DNA from: a virus
Lineage: Duplodnaviria > Caudoviricetes
Direction: 5' to 3' (one strand)
IMG/VR virus record: IMGVR_UViG_3300032233_000380
Coordinates: 1-52,483 of that record
DNA: 52,483 nt
A program made the position numbers and the translations under genes. The notes under the pieces were generated by a model. The model did not search any database and was not told the origin of the DNA. It saw only the letters and a program-made list of their open reading frames with translations. Of this stretch, positions 20,001-29,160 are shown in pieces (position 1 is the first letter of the stretch; each line of letters starts with the position of its first letter).

Positions 20001-22839
20001 TGAATTCCTTGTCAACATGTATAACCCGTCTAATGAGTTATACAAAACTATTGGTGAGTATGCAAAAGCAAAAAATATAGATGAAGAAACTGCATTAAAA
20101 CAGCTACACGGTATATTTGTTGCGTTGCACGAACAAGAGCGTCGCCACGTTAAATATCTACTAAGCGTACCCCTAACTGCTGAAGCAGCGCAAACACGAG
20201 AAAACATTTTAAAACAAATAAGATCAAATGCTAATTTAAGCAAAGAAACTATTAAAAAACTACGAAGCTATGTAGAAAGCTTAGTAGCTAATAACAGACA
20301 AGAAAAGGGTTACGGCTTTAACGCTGAACCTTCTGACTTTTCTTTAGATGAAAACTCTGACTATTACAACGTAGCAGGTATCCGCCCTGAAATACGGGAA
20401 GAAACTATTGCTAAGTATTACGAGCCAGACAAGGCGCTTATAGACCCAATTAGAGACGCCCTACAGACTGTTCACAAAGCCACTATAGAACTTAATAGAA
20501 AAGCTAACTATTGGTCGCAGCCCGTCAGCAACATCGTAGCTTTTTACGGTTTTGATAACTATGTGCCGTTAAAAGGCAGACCAGATAGAAAAGAAAAAGA
20601 ATCTAAGGTTGATGAGTTACTAGACTTTAGCAGTAAATCTAACGGTAGTGAGTTGCAAGAAAAAGAATCTGCGTTTGATGGTCGTGTGTCCGAGTCTGAA
20701 AACCCACTTCTCCAAACCTTATCTGACGGAGTGCGCTCTGCATTGCGAGCTGGGCGGGGTGGTACATATACTAATCCTGACGGTACAACAGAACAATATG
20801 GTATTACCTTAGCTATTAAAAACGCAATTGACTATAAAGATAAAAATGGAAACCCAGCGCCTTTATTAGAAGGAAAAAAATTAAAAACTGTTCAGTTTGC
20901 AGATCGTTATAAAGTTGCAGATGATGAGGCTCTTACTAGGGGAGAAAATACTTTCTTCCATTACAACCCAGACGGTTCAATAGATATTTATGCTATTTAT
21001 GATCCTAAGATTCGTGAGGCTGTCCGTCGTAGCTATCGTGCATCCCAACCTTTACTTGATGCTTTAAACAATACAACTAGTTTGATGGGACAGTTCCACA
21101 CCCGCTATAACATAGCGTTTGCGCCAATGAACTTTGTTCGTGATACTTTGACCAACGCCTTTACTATGGGTGCTGAGATGGGTGTAGGTACGGTGGGTGC
21201 GGTAGCATCTAAGGTAGCTCAAGGCGGTTTAGCTAGAGCCTTTAAAGTATCTAGGCTGTATAAAAACGGCAAGTTTGATGAAATTGAAAAGATTGCTAAG
21301 ACAGACCCATACGTTAAAGCTATGTACGAATACATCCAGCAGGGTGGAAAAGTATCTTACGTATCGGGTATAGGTGCTAAGAGCCAGTTTGAGCAGATGC
21401 AGAAAACCCTAGGACGCAAGGGCATAGCTACTACCAAAGCTGAAATAGACGGTGTGATTGATATTTGGACTAACATGTTTGAATTTGCTAGCCGTACTGC
21501 AGCGTACCAAGTAGTTAAAGAAAACTACATGAACGGACCCCAGAAGCTATCAGAACGGGAAGCACAGGTTAAAGCAACTGCGTATGTTAAAAACCTAGCT
21601 AACTTTGAGCAAGTGGGTCAGTGGGGTAAGAGTTTAGGCGCAATCTTTATGTTCTTCCGTCCATCTGCTACGGGTGCAGTTAGAGCTATTGAATCCCTTG
21701 TTCCGTTGTTCCGTAATATTGATACAGCTTTGGCTGGGTTGCCAGAAGCAGTGCGTAATGACCCTGAAGCTGTTGCTAAGTTTCGTGAAAACATGATTGC
21801 ACAAAGACGGTCTGCAGCGGCTATGTTTATGTCTTTACTTGGATCAGGATCAGTTATTTATCTAATGGCTTCCATGCTGGCTGAAGATGATGATGAAGGA
21901 AGAAATAAAGTAGCTATAGATGATATGGCTCGTTGGACACGCTACGCACGGTTCCATATTCCAGGCACAGACGTAATATTCCAAATTCCTTGGGGCTTTG
22001 GTCTTGGCGCTTTTGCTTCTGCTGGTGCGCAAATTATGGCTTTTGGGTCAGGAAATAATTCAATAAAAGATACGTTCAATAACATTAAAGACGTTGGGTT
22101 TGATGCATTCCTACCACTCCCAGCATCAAGAATTAATATGTGGGAAAACCCAGCAGCTTGGGCTATGGATAGCGTAACGCCTTCCTTGTTCCGCCCCTTC
22201 TTTGAATATGCAATGAACCTAGATGGTTTAGGCAGAGAGATTTATAACAACCGCCAAACACGCAGTGGTGACGCCTATACAGGTGGGGACAGCATCCCTG
22301 AACTATATAAAGATGCCGCTAAATTGCTTGCAAACATTACAAATGGTGGCATAGATTGGAGTCCAAACACCATGTACTTCTTTGCTAACAACTACGCTGA
22401 TGGTTTGACTCGTCTCATACACAACTCTTACAACATCGGCATGGTAGGTACTATGCAGAAAGATTTCAATCCTAAGACAGATACTTTAGCGTTTGATATG
22501 TTCTTTGGCGCTAAGTCTAACTTTGATGCTCGTGAGTTTTCTAAGATGGAGAACATGATTAAAGACAAAGAGCGTAAGTTAAATATGTTTAAGAATGACC
22601 CAGAGCGTTATATGGATTACATAGCCGAGAATCCATACGACCAAGGGCTTGTAGACATGTACAACAAAGGTGTTAATGGAGATTTAAAGAAAGCACGGGA
22701 GTTGGCTAATAAGTATCGTGCTATGCCTGATCTTACTATTAAAGAACGTAAAGAGTTGCTGGATAACATCAAGGAACAACAGAACTTAATCAAACGGCAT
22801 TTGATTGAAGTCTTTAAAGCCTACGACGAACTTAATTAA
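17017..22839 (+). CDS. Large internal virion protein (1940 aa) with zincin-like HExxH motif and LPD38-like C-terminal region
   Basis: HETLH (19297-19311) followed by EFVSEA; C-terminal IPWGFGLG/G.EIY...YFFANNY resembles polyvalent-protein LPD38; last gene of the late operon. Confidence 0.6.
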   Translation: MPIYSVEAPNGKIYDVEAPEGTSERAIFAFAQQAYLNDAPKEPTPEYKPEPATGISSFIPAVKRGALGLQSLVGDVLPAMAGRVGEKLGVQGAGEYATRQMQEAQEAQQYIQQMYPSAVPSYTDIKSGGDFLTYVVESVGELIPSILPSIFTGGAAGVVGRGAVVAAKQAAEKTAAAGAAKGLTEKEIKDLATQAGVDAAKRTALKYQAVGAVGGSAIQNVPEVYQNVAEETGKEDLGAALLFGGFNSVLDAITPIALLRKAKGIGLTEKELIGAWYKRAGKGVLTGFATEGATEAVQEMSSAAAEKFVDNNKQFFTEKNFERFINAGLKGGIGGGAISGVANIPFGQKQTPAPVTPTEPSAVTPEAEAVAPAAAPAQVDLTADEIIAKAEGKTKKAEEETFDVKGGKNVTDGTDTTGGGVSAKLPSGPVTSGAAADAAASKRSGMADAGGITEQAGAGETKQQPTLDQAAVDQAAVDQAAVDQAAVDQAAVDQAPAPKPFMGESAFTSGTERRFIEPRVTEEDLYPKAIAAREEQKLKAAQPTDEEVVKTKQSVKNVKEAATDVIAGKTADRYNALTPEEKAMVDTAVAKYKSLLEFKEAKPMLQRKSKVIPGVIYTPKEYKKIVKAEKAEAKEVAGKPPVPKKMSLIEERMAELRAIPSYGSANLEAIEGLRGGTTIGLMSNLMHGDLRGALQEIAGDTSGQFTKLDKIVAKRLLESDTLPTLRVVTTSELGGKLGQYDAATDIAYISEDAMTSHVVLHETLHGFTLAIIKAHKDGVKFNQGVANLEKLYNHLKETYPELKDKYGMKNLAEFVSEAMSNPEFQAQLNALPYERGNIVINAFVEFVKDILNLLGIAPGKDFTALAYALVSTESILTEGRTLEATNPPPATAALAPVAEGKAPKETLKPELREFKSADDYISSISGQPEPTSSKVRKAFTSVEGAKELVRLFQNERYPIKNWEDLLSTANKMTYSGDDTTAVYTQISLSTGRAEDEFLVNMYNPSNELYKTIGEYAKAKNIDEETALKQLHGIFVALHEQERRHVKYLLSVPLTAEAAQTRENILKQIRSNANLSKETIKKLRSYVESLVANNRQEKGYGFNAEPSDFSLDENSDYYNVAGIRPEIREETIAKYYEPDKALIDPIRDALQTVHKATIELNRKANYWSQPVSNIVAFYGFDNYVPLKGRPDRKEKESKVDELLDFSSKSNGSELQEKESAFDGRVSESENPLLQTLSDGVRSALRAGRGGTYTNPDGTTEQYGITLAIKNAIDYKDKNGNPAPLLEGKKLKTVQFADRYKVADDEALTRGENTFFHYNPDGSIDIYAIYDPKIREAVRRSYRASQPLLDALNNTTSLMGQFHTRYNIAFAPMNFVRDTLTNAFTMGAEMGVGTVGAVASKVAQGGLARAFKVSRLYKNGKFDEIEKIAKTDPYVKAMYEYIQQGGKVSYVSGIGAKSQFEQMQKTLGRKGIATTKAEIDGVIDIWTNMFEFASRTAAYQVVKENYMNGPQKLSEREAQVKATAYVKNLANFEQVGQWGKSLGAIFMFFRPSATGAVRAIESLVPLFRNIDTALAGLPEAVRNDPEAVAKFRENMIAQRRSAAAMFMSLLGSGSVIYLMASMLAEDDDEGRNKVAIDDMARWTRYARFHIPGTDVIFQIPWGFGLGAFASAGAQIMAFGSGNNSIKDTFNNIKDVGFDAFLPLPASRINMWENPAAWAMDSVTPSLFRPFFEYAMNLDGLGREIYNNRQTRSGDAYTGGDSIPELYKDAAKLLANITNGGIDWSPNTMYFFANNYADGLTRLIHNSYNIGMVGTMQKDFNPKTDTLAFDMFFGAKSNFDAREFSKMENMIKDKERKLNMFKNDPERYMDYIAENPYDQGLVDMYNKGVNGDLKKARELANKYRAMPDLTIKERKELLDNIKEQQNLIKRHLIEVFKAYDELN
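18416..18500 (+). repeat. Perfect 15-bp tandem repeat TAGACCAAGCTGCAG x5 plus a 10-bp partial copy (encodes DQAAV)
   Basis: Read directly from the sequence; no synonymous variation between copies. Confidence 0.97.
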
Positions 22840-23038
22840 CTCGCCATACACGAATACCCATAATACCGTCTTTCATAGCGGCAAAGGCTTTGACTCTTAG
22901 GTTATGCTTTTTAGAGGCTTCAACGGCTGAGTAAATAGCCTCAGCAGATTTTAGAGTGGGGATAAAAAAGCTATCCCCAACCTCCATGCCGTCAAACGGA
23001 AACAACCAGATTGGCTCACTGAATAGATTGTTGCTCAT
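22832..23038 (-). CDS. Small hypothetical, possibly DNA-binding protein
   Basis: FPFDGMEVGDSFFIP...GIRVWR motif common in small phage proteins. Confidence 0.65.
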   Translation of the reverse strand: MSNNLFSEPIWLFPFDGMEVGDSFFIPTLKSAEAIYSAVEASKKHNLRVKAFAAMKDGIMGIRVWRVN

Positions 23039-25925
23039 CAGCTACAGGTATGAGTGGTACAGATTTAAAGAAGTAGCAGTTGACGTTAACGCTATCTGGC
23101 GCACCCTTCCAACCAGACGCTAAACGCTTTTTGTCTTTCTTGTCCAAGACACCTTTCTTCTTCATAACGTGCAGGAAATTCTCCTCACTATACCCATGCT
23201 CAGCTAGCCATTTGGTCATGGTCATTGTAGACACATAGGACATTCCCTCATCCAAGTCAACGCGCACCGCCAGCTTTCTGTGAGGAGAGGGGGTAGAGAT
23301 TACCTTTTCATTAACAATTGCTAACGTAGCGCCTATGTGGTCTAAGAAAAACTCTCCTAATACACTTTCAAAATCAGTATCATTAATTGCATTACCGCCG
23401 TCTTTCTTAGCAAGCATTAAGCTAACCATAACGTCGTATATCCTGTCTAAGTCATAGTTAATTAAACCAGCATCTTTGGCAATTTCTCCGCCTGTCATGC
23501 ATACAGAAACTAAATCCTCATAGTATCTGTTAACTACATCATTACCAAAATCTTTCTTAAAGCGTTTAACCCACACTTCCATTTGTTTTAGTATTCTGTC
23601 TTCGCCCCATAAAAGCATTTGATGTGCATAAATTGGACCAGCATGTCCGTAATTTAAACGGAATGGATCAATAATTTCTTTGCCTTTATCAGGATAATCT
23701 TTAAACAACTGAGGTTTATGCATGAACAATTCAACCATACGGGCAGTCTCACCATAGGGAGTAGCCTTCTTTTTCTTTACGATACCTAGTAACGAATGAT
23801 TTGTGGTGTAAAAACCAATCGTAGACGAAGTTACATCTTGAGAACGCTCAGCCATACTTGTACCTGAGAGCCGCATCTTGGCTTCTCCCTGAGCAATCCT
23901 GTGGATAAACTTACCTACTGCCGTTGGGTCCTTGTCACCCGCTTCGTCAATACCAACTAAGATATTCTTAGAGGTCATAATCCTAGTATGCGCTGCGTTA
24001 TCTGTTGTTTCAAATACGCTTAGCTTTTTAGGATTACCCCAGACAGCCAGCGCACCGTATAGTGAACCAGATTTACCTGACCCTGACTCACCTTCGTAAG
24101 ATAACGAGGCTCCATCAGTAGAAGCAAATTGCATCAAGGGCGCACCAAACCCTGTTAAAAGCCCAAACGCATGCATTTCAAGTCCTGGTTGATCGCTAAA
24201 CTGTTGAGCCGACCATTTCCATTTCTCAAAGCTACCTTTCTTAACCAACGCTTTTGTTACGGTAGCCGCATTAGGAGAAGTAGGAGCATCTTTACCCTCT
24301 GATCCTGTTTCTTTTGTAACCTCAATATTACCTATAACAAATGTTTCATTATCGTCATGCCACCCCATTTGGTTGCGCATAATCTCAGCCGCACCAGAAT
24401 TCTGGAAATACCTTCCCCATTTCATAACATACTCCGATACTTGTTTGGCATAGCTTTGGTTAAAGAATACGCCGTTGCCTGTCAATATTTTTTTACATTC
24501 TTCAGCGGCATACACCGTCTTCATAGAAATCATAAATTCACGGATGCCGTCATTTGGCAGGTGCAAACGCATCATAAGGCACTCACCATCGTTAGGACTA
24601 TAGATACGGCGATAAGCATAAAAGTCATGCTCTGATAGCAATATGGCATCTACATCGTGATACTTCTTAGTCTCTTTATTAAACTTAGCGGGTGGTTGGA
24701 AGTAGATACCCCCATTTATCCCACGGACAAACGGCGCTAAGTATTCTGGGAACTCTGGAACTTTTTTGGAACTCTTCGTCGACCGAATTGATTCCTCAGG
24801 ATTTTTTTCTTCTTCGGTGTGTTCTGGAAGTTGTTCTGGTTCTGGGTCGGGCTTGGCGATGTTGAGGGTTCTGGCAAGCTTAATGGGGTTTCCGAGTTTA
24901 CGGTTGGGGCATCCGTCACAGACACCTGGGTTGCGCGCATCAAAAGTAGCGCAGGTATGCGGACCGCTTTTTTCAACACTTAGTATGGTCTCCAATTTTT
25001 TGTTTACTGTATCAGAATCGTAGCCCACATAGTCTTTAGATACTAGGTGTACCATCTCCTCCTTGTTTTCGCAGTGCGCTGCGATGGTCATAACGCTATG
25101 CCATATGGGTTCTTCTAAATGCTCAGCGTTTTCAAACGCATATTGAATCTGCGCACATCCTTTACCCTCGGCAGTTAGTTCTAGAATCCTAGGAAAACTA
25201 TTGACAAAGTTGTCTAGCTTACGCATCTTCTTGGTTTCTTCGTCCAAACCCTTTGGTATAAGACTTAATACATTGTTGGTTGGGACTTCTATGGGTCCTA
25301 GAAAATCCTTAAAAGCCTCGAAATCATACTGGTGAAACTCAGTATCTATAAACTTAGCTTGTGATGGTGAATCAGTTTTATAGTTCAGAGAGTCAGGCAC
25401 ACGCATAATTCGTGCCGCCTCTGCCATTACCGCTGGGTCTGCGAGCAATCTTTCTAATACATAGTCTTTGAACTTAAGTGCATAGGGCATGTACTGATTA
25501 ATAGGTACTTCTTCGGTCAGTAACCAATACGCATGTATACCTGTGCCTGAGTCAATGCGCACAGGTGGGGGTAGTTCGCTTTCTGTTAAAAATTTATCCA
25601 GCGCTTCAAGCGCATCTTCCTTAGTAGCGTAACCCTTACCACTCTCAGCCTTATCTTCACCAACATCCAAATCAATAAAGAATGAACGAAAGTAGATGCA
25701 ATCATCCTTCTTACGACTGTAACCCTCGAACGTACCCAACGCAACATAAGTGTTCCAACCTTTCTTTTTAAATACTTCAACTTGTTTTAGTAAATCATCA
25801 ATACTCTCGGCAAACTTATTTGTAACTTTGCCTTTGCCAGCCTCACCTTGTTCTATCCCAGTAGCGCAATACACGCCCTGCGTAGCCAATGCTTTCTCAT
25901 AAAATTGTTTTAACATATATGGCAC
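23016..25925 (-). CDS. Primase-helicase (N-terminal primase-like domain plus DUF927-type ATPase/helicase); start may be ATG 25916
   Basis: FFIDLD and DSGTGIHAYW, RIMRVP primase motifs; Cys cluster (CATF...CDGCP); Walker A GESGSGKS; Walker B IGIDE-type (VGIDE). Confidence 0.8.
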   Translation of the reverse strand: MPYMLKQFYEKALATQGVYCATGIEQGEAGKGKVTNKFAESIDDLLKQVEVFKKKGWNTYVALGTFEGYSRKKDDCIYFRSFFIDLDVGEDKAESGKGYATKEDALEALDKFLTESELPPPVRIDSGTGIHAYWLLTEEVPINQYMPYALKFKDYVLERLLADPAVMAEAARIMRVPDSLNYKTDSPSQAKFIDTEFHQYDFEAFKDFLGPIEVPTNNVLSLIPKGLDEETKKMRKLDNFVNSFPRILELTAEGKGCAQIQYAFENAEHLEEPIWHSVMTIAAHCENKEEMVHLVSKDYVGYDSDTVNKKLETILSVEKSGPHTCATFDARNPGVCDGCPNRKLGNPIKLARTLNIAKPDPEPEQLPEHTEEEKNPEESIRSTKSSKKVPEFPEYLAPFVRGINGGIYFQPPAKFNKETKKYHDVDAILLSEHDFYAYRRIYSPNDGECLMMRLHLPNDGIREFMISMKTVYAAEECKKILTGNGVFFNQSYAKQVSEYVMKWGRYFQNSGAAEIMRNQMGWHDDNETFVIGNIEVTKETGSEGKDAPTSPNAATVTKALVKKGSFEKWKWSAQQFSDQPGLEMHAFGLLTGFGAPLMQFASTDGASLSYEGESGSGKSGSLYGALAVWGNPKKLSVFETTDNAAHTRIMTSKNILVGIDEAGDKDPTAVGKFIHRIAQGEAKMRLSGTSMAERSQDVTSSTIGFYTTNHSLLGIVKKKKATPYGETARMVELFMHKPQLFKDYPDKGKEIIDPFRLNYGHAGPIYAHQMLLWGEDRILKQMEVWVKRFKKDFGNDVVNRYYEDLVSVCMTGGEIAKDAGLINYDLDRIYDVMVSLMLAKKDGGNAINDTDFESVLGEFFLDHIGATLAIVNEKVISTPSPHRKLAVRVDLDEGMSYVSTMTMTKWLAEHGYSEENFLHVMKKKGVLDKKDKKRLASGWKGAPDSVNVNCYFFKSVPLIPVADEQQSIQ

Positions 25926-25930
25926 AGTCT

Positions 25931-25952
25931 AAAAAGCCGAGTTTCCTCGGCT
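25931..25952 (-). terminator. Intrinsic terminator-like hairpin just upstream of primase start
   Basis: Minus strand AGCCGAG-GAAA-CTCGGCT with a T-run; second hairpin at 25963-25979. Confidence 0.7.
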
Positions 25953-25979
25953 CGGTTATTGGGTGGGGATATACCCCGC

Positions 25980-26288
25980 TTAGTCTTCTCTAATCATGTC
26001 TTCAATATAGTTTTTTGCTTCTGCTAAATTTCTAGCTGGTAACAATCCAGCTTTTATATCTTTCTCTACTAAACTCATAAAAGCATCAACTAGTTGTATA
26101 CGCTTTGGTCGTATAGGACCGCCACGAAACCAAGTGTGTAGAGCCATCCGTGATATACCGAACACTTTACAGACATGAATAGCAGGTAGATTAGCTTCAA
26201 CACATAGCTTCGCTAACATCTGCCCAGTCGTAACCGCATCAGGCTTACTTAAGGTTAATAAGAACCTATTACTATAGCTTCGTGGCAT
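25980..26288 (-). CDS. HTH DNA-binding protein
   Basis: VCKVFGISRMALHTWFRG helix-turn-helix pattern. Confidence 0.65.
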   Translation of the reverse strand: MPRSYSNRFLLTLSKPDAVTTGQMLAKLCVEANLPAIHVCKVFGISRMALHTWFRGGPIRPKRIQLVDAFMSLVEKDIKAGLLPARNLAEAKNYIEDMIRED

Positions 26289-26296
26289 ACCTAACC

Positions 26297-27151
26297 TTAC
26301 GCTTTCTTAGACCACTTCTTGACGATGTCAGTAACATCGTTGCCTTCAGCCTTAGCTGCTTTAGGCGTACTCTCACGCTTTACTGGCTCAGCAGCCTCTG
26401 GAGCAGCAACTTCCTCTGCGCCACCATCTTGCTGATATACAGTTAGTTTCACCGCATTCTCCGCAATTGCACTCTTGCCCTGTGTTTTGACAACTTCGTA
26501 GTCCTCTTCAGGAACAGCGGCGGATGGTGAGAACAATACTTTGGCGTACTTAGTCTTAGTATCAAACTGCATCTTCGTCACAACGCGCCCTGCGCTAACA
26601 TTGTTTTGAGCGAGCATATTGATATAAGCCTTAAAGGGCCAACGACCACTATCTTCTTTACCAAAAGCCGATGTAGCTGGGATAACCAACTGCATGATGT
26701 CGCCCTTTGGATCGTTAGGAAGAACAACTGCAGTTCTCCAAGACAAACGACACGCAGTACCTGTACCGCCTGTACCTGAACCTTTTGCACTGTTAGGGCA
26801 TTGGTCACAAGTAGAAGCTACTGGGCTTTTAACATCAGCGTCAGGCTTCTTAGAGTCAGACGACCAGCAGGTAGGAGAAACTTTCTCTCCTTCTTTATAC
26901 GCTTCCGCATAGAAAGTACGGCTTGGGTCATGCGCCATCTTCACAAAAATAATGTTCATATGACGGTCTTCAATAGCACCAATCTCTTTGCCGTTAGCCA
27001 TCTTACGGAATACACCGCCAGCGATTGAGATACGCTTGTTACCGCTAGTAGTAGCTACACTACCACCTGCAACGGCTAATGTATCTTCATCCAATCCTGT
27101 TGTAACTAGGGCTGGGTTGCTTTTTAATAAAACTGATAATTCATTACTCAT
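26297..27151 (-). CDS. Putative ssDNA-binding/annealing protein
   Basis: GGAG RBS; PTCWS...CDQCP...C Zn motif, low-complexity C-terminal tail, position in replication module. Confidence 0.5.
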   Translation of the reverse strand: MSNELSVLLKSNPALVTTGLDEDTLAVAGGSVATTSGNKRISIAGGVFRKMANGKEIGAIEDRHMNIIFVKMAHDPSRTFYAEAYKEGEKVSPTCWSSDSKKPDADVKSPVASTCDQCPNSAKGSGTGGTGTACRLSWRTAVVLPNDPKGDIMQLVIPATSAFGKEDSGRWPFKAYINMLAQNNVSAGRVVTKMQFDTKTKYAKVLFSPSAAVPEEDYEVVKTQGKSAIAENAVKLTVYQQDGGAEEVAAPEAAEPVKRESTPKAAKAEGNDVTDIVKKWSKKA

Positions 27152-27175
27152 AATTTAACTCCACTAAATAGACTA

Positions 27176-27574
27176 TTAGGAAACGCTCGTTGGTTTACGC
27201 ACGGTAACGCCAAACTCACGCATAACATTCACACCAGGAGGTAGACCTTCGTCTTGTCTCTCAGTGATGAATTCTTTGAAATTACCCTGATGGATACGGC
27301 GCTCTAGAAGTTCTAAGGCTTGGTGTTCAAGCACATAGTCCCTAAAGTGTTCCCAATCCGTGCAGAAGTAACGTTCGGTTAATTTGCGAATTACAGTACC
27401 TTTATCTGTCTTGATACTTGTCGCATTTGTTTCGTTGCAGATAGATAACAAAGCCTGTTCGAGCTTAGCCATCTCTTCTTTTACTACACCATCTTTTGCT
27501 TCCCATTCATTACGCAAGCGGTCACGCTCGTTTCTTAACGCAATAAATGTTTCTACTAACTGATCGGTATTCAT
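27176..27574 (-). CDS. Hypothetical replication-module protein
   Basis: AGGAG RBS; N-terminal coiled coil, TDWEHF...LLERRI...LPPGVN. Confidence 0.7.
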   Translation of the reverse strand: MNTDQLVETFIALRNERDRLRNEWEAKDGVVKEEMAKLEQALLSICNETNATSIKTDKGTVIRKLTERYFCTDWEHFRDYVLEHQALELLERRIHQGNFKEFITERQDEGLPPGVNVMREFGVTVRKPTSVS

Positions 27575-29148
27575 TTGTTTTCTCCTAGACCGAGTTCTGA
27601 CTTATATAAATCAACTAATTTTTCATGCATATCTACTTTATTTTGCAACACTTCGTACATCTTTCTTTCAACTGGAGAACCTTGTAAATGAACTACTGTC
27701 ATTTTGTTCTTTTGACCTACCCTGTCAATACGAGCAATACATTGTAGGTACGTTTCTACACTAGTAACAGGAGACCAAAATACTACAGTATTCGCAGCTG
27801 TTAGCGTTACTCCATGACTCGCAGCTTGCGGTTGTATTACAAGGATTCTTGGGTTGTCTGATTGTTGAAATCTGTTGATGATTAGACTGCGTTCTTTTGC
27901 AGGTACATCGCCATTGATGACTTCGTTTGTGATTCCCTCCTCTGTTAAGAACTTACAAACTAACTGTATAGTGTGCCTATACGGTACAAAAATAATTAGC
28001 TTGTGTTCTGTTTCTTCGATAACTTCAAGTAGAGCGTTCTTGCGTGGCGTTATATCGAACTCAACTACCTCCCTTTCATCAGTATATACTGCCCCTCCTG
28101 ATAATTGCAATAGCTTATTTAAATTTGTTGCAGCATTTACTGTGGTGATTTGTTCACCCGCCGCTTGAATAAGCATGTTCTTCTTTAAATCATTGTAGTA
28201 GCGAAGCGCTTGTGGTGAGAGTGGTACTTCCCGTGTCTGGTACATTAAATCAGGCAGGTCTAAACACTCGTTTTTTGTGAAGCGAATTGCTGGTTGCAAT
28301 GCATCAAATACTTTTTGCTTTGCGTCATGTTTTGGTATCCATTTAAAACGTGATAGTTGATGCATAACTTTATCTTTCCACACAGTCATTGTGCGTGGCA
28401 CGTTTTGTGGTGATACGAGTTTGGCTATACCAAATGCATCTATTGGCGATTGTGAGGCGGGTGTTCCTGTTAACATCCACAACCTCGTGGTTGGTTTGAT
28501 CAATTTAGCTAATGCTTTCCATCTTTTAGTCGTAACGTTTTTATAAGCGTTTGCTTCATCAACTACTATTAGGTCAAACCCTATTTTTTCTAGTTCATCA
28601 AATACAATGTTTACTCCATCGTAATTTATAACGATAAACTCATAGTCTCCACTAAGAATCTTTTTACGCTTGTCTGGGCTACCATACGCTACAGCAACTC
28701 GTCTATGCATTGCAGTTTTAAAAATGTCTGCTTGCCATGCTGAATACATAATTGACAGAGGACATATCACCAAGACTTTTTTGATATGGTTTTGATTCAT
28801 TAAATAATCAGCAGCCCAAATAACAGATGATGTTTTACCTGTCCCTGCTTCGTTAAAACAGAACGCCCGCATGTTAATGGATAGGAACGCTGAAGTAACT
28901 CTTTGGTGATCGAAAGGCTTATACAGTCCAGGCCAGTTGTAGTTAACACTTATGGGGGAGGGTAGGGGCTTATTAAACTTAACTAGTCTATTAAGTAGAG
29001 TTAGTTCTTCTATACCCCAATAAACCAAAACTTCTGAAAGATTACCCTTGGTCTCTACAAGTTCACTTTTTTCTATATTGTTTATTACGCTTGGCACAAG
29101 GTCTGTTGGGAGCGTAAAGCGAACCGCTGTGTTATCTACTATTTCCAT
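27571..29148 (-). CDS. SNF2-family (SF2) DNA helicase
   Basis: PFDHQ Q-motif, EAGTGKT, VVDEA, LTGTP, HGVTLT, QCIARIDRVGQ. Confidence 0.9.
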   Translation of the reverse strand: MEIVDNTAVRFTLPTDLVPSVINNIEKSELVETKGNLSEVLVYWGIEELTLLNRLVKFNKPLPSPISVNYNWPGLYKPFDHQRVTSAFLSINMRAFCFNEAGTGKTSSVIWAADYLMNQNHIKKVLVICPLSIMYSAWQADIFKTAMHRRVAVAYGSPDKRKKILSGDYEFIVINYDGVNIVFDELEKIGFDLIVVDEANAYKNVTTKRWKALAKLIKPTTRLWMLTGTPASQSPIDAFGIAKLVSPQNVPRTMTVWKDKVMHQLSRFKWIPKHDAKQKVFDALQPAIRFTKNECLDLPDLMYQTREVPLSPQALRYYNDLKKNMLIQAAGEQITTVNAATNLNKLLQLSGGAVYTDEREVVEFDITPRKNALLEVIEETEHKLIIFVPYRHTIQLVCKFLTEEGITNEVINGDVPAKERSLIINRFQQSDNPRILVIQPQAASHGVTLTAANTVVFWSPVTSVETYLQCIARIDRVGQKNKMTVVHLQGSPVERKMYEVLQNKVDMHEKLVDLYKSELGLGENK

Positions 29149-29160
29149 ATTTTCCTTAAC

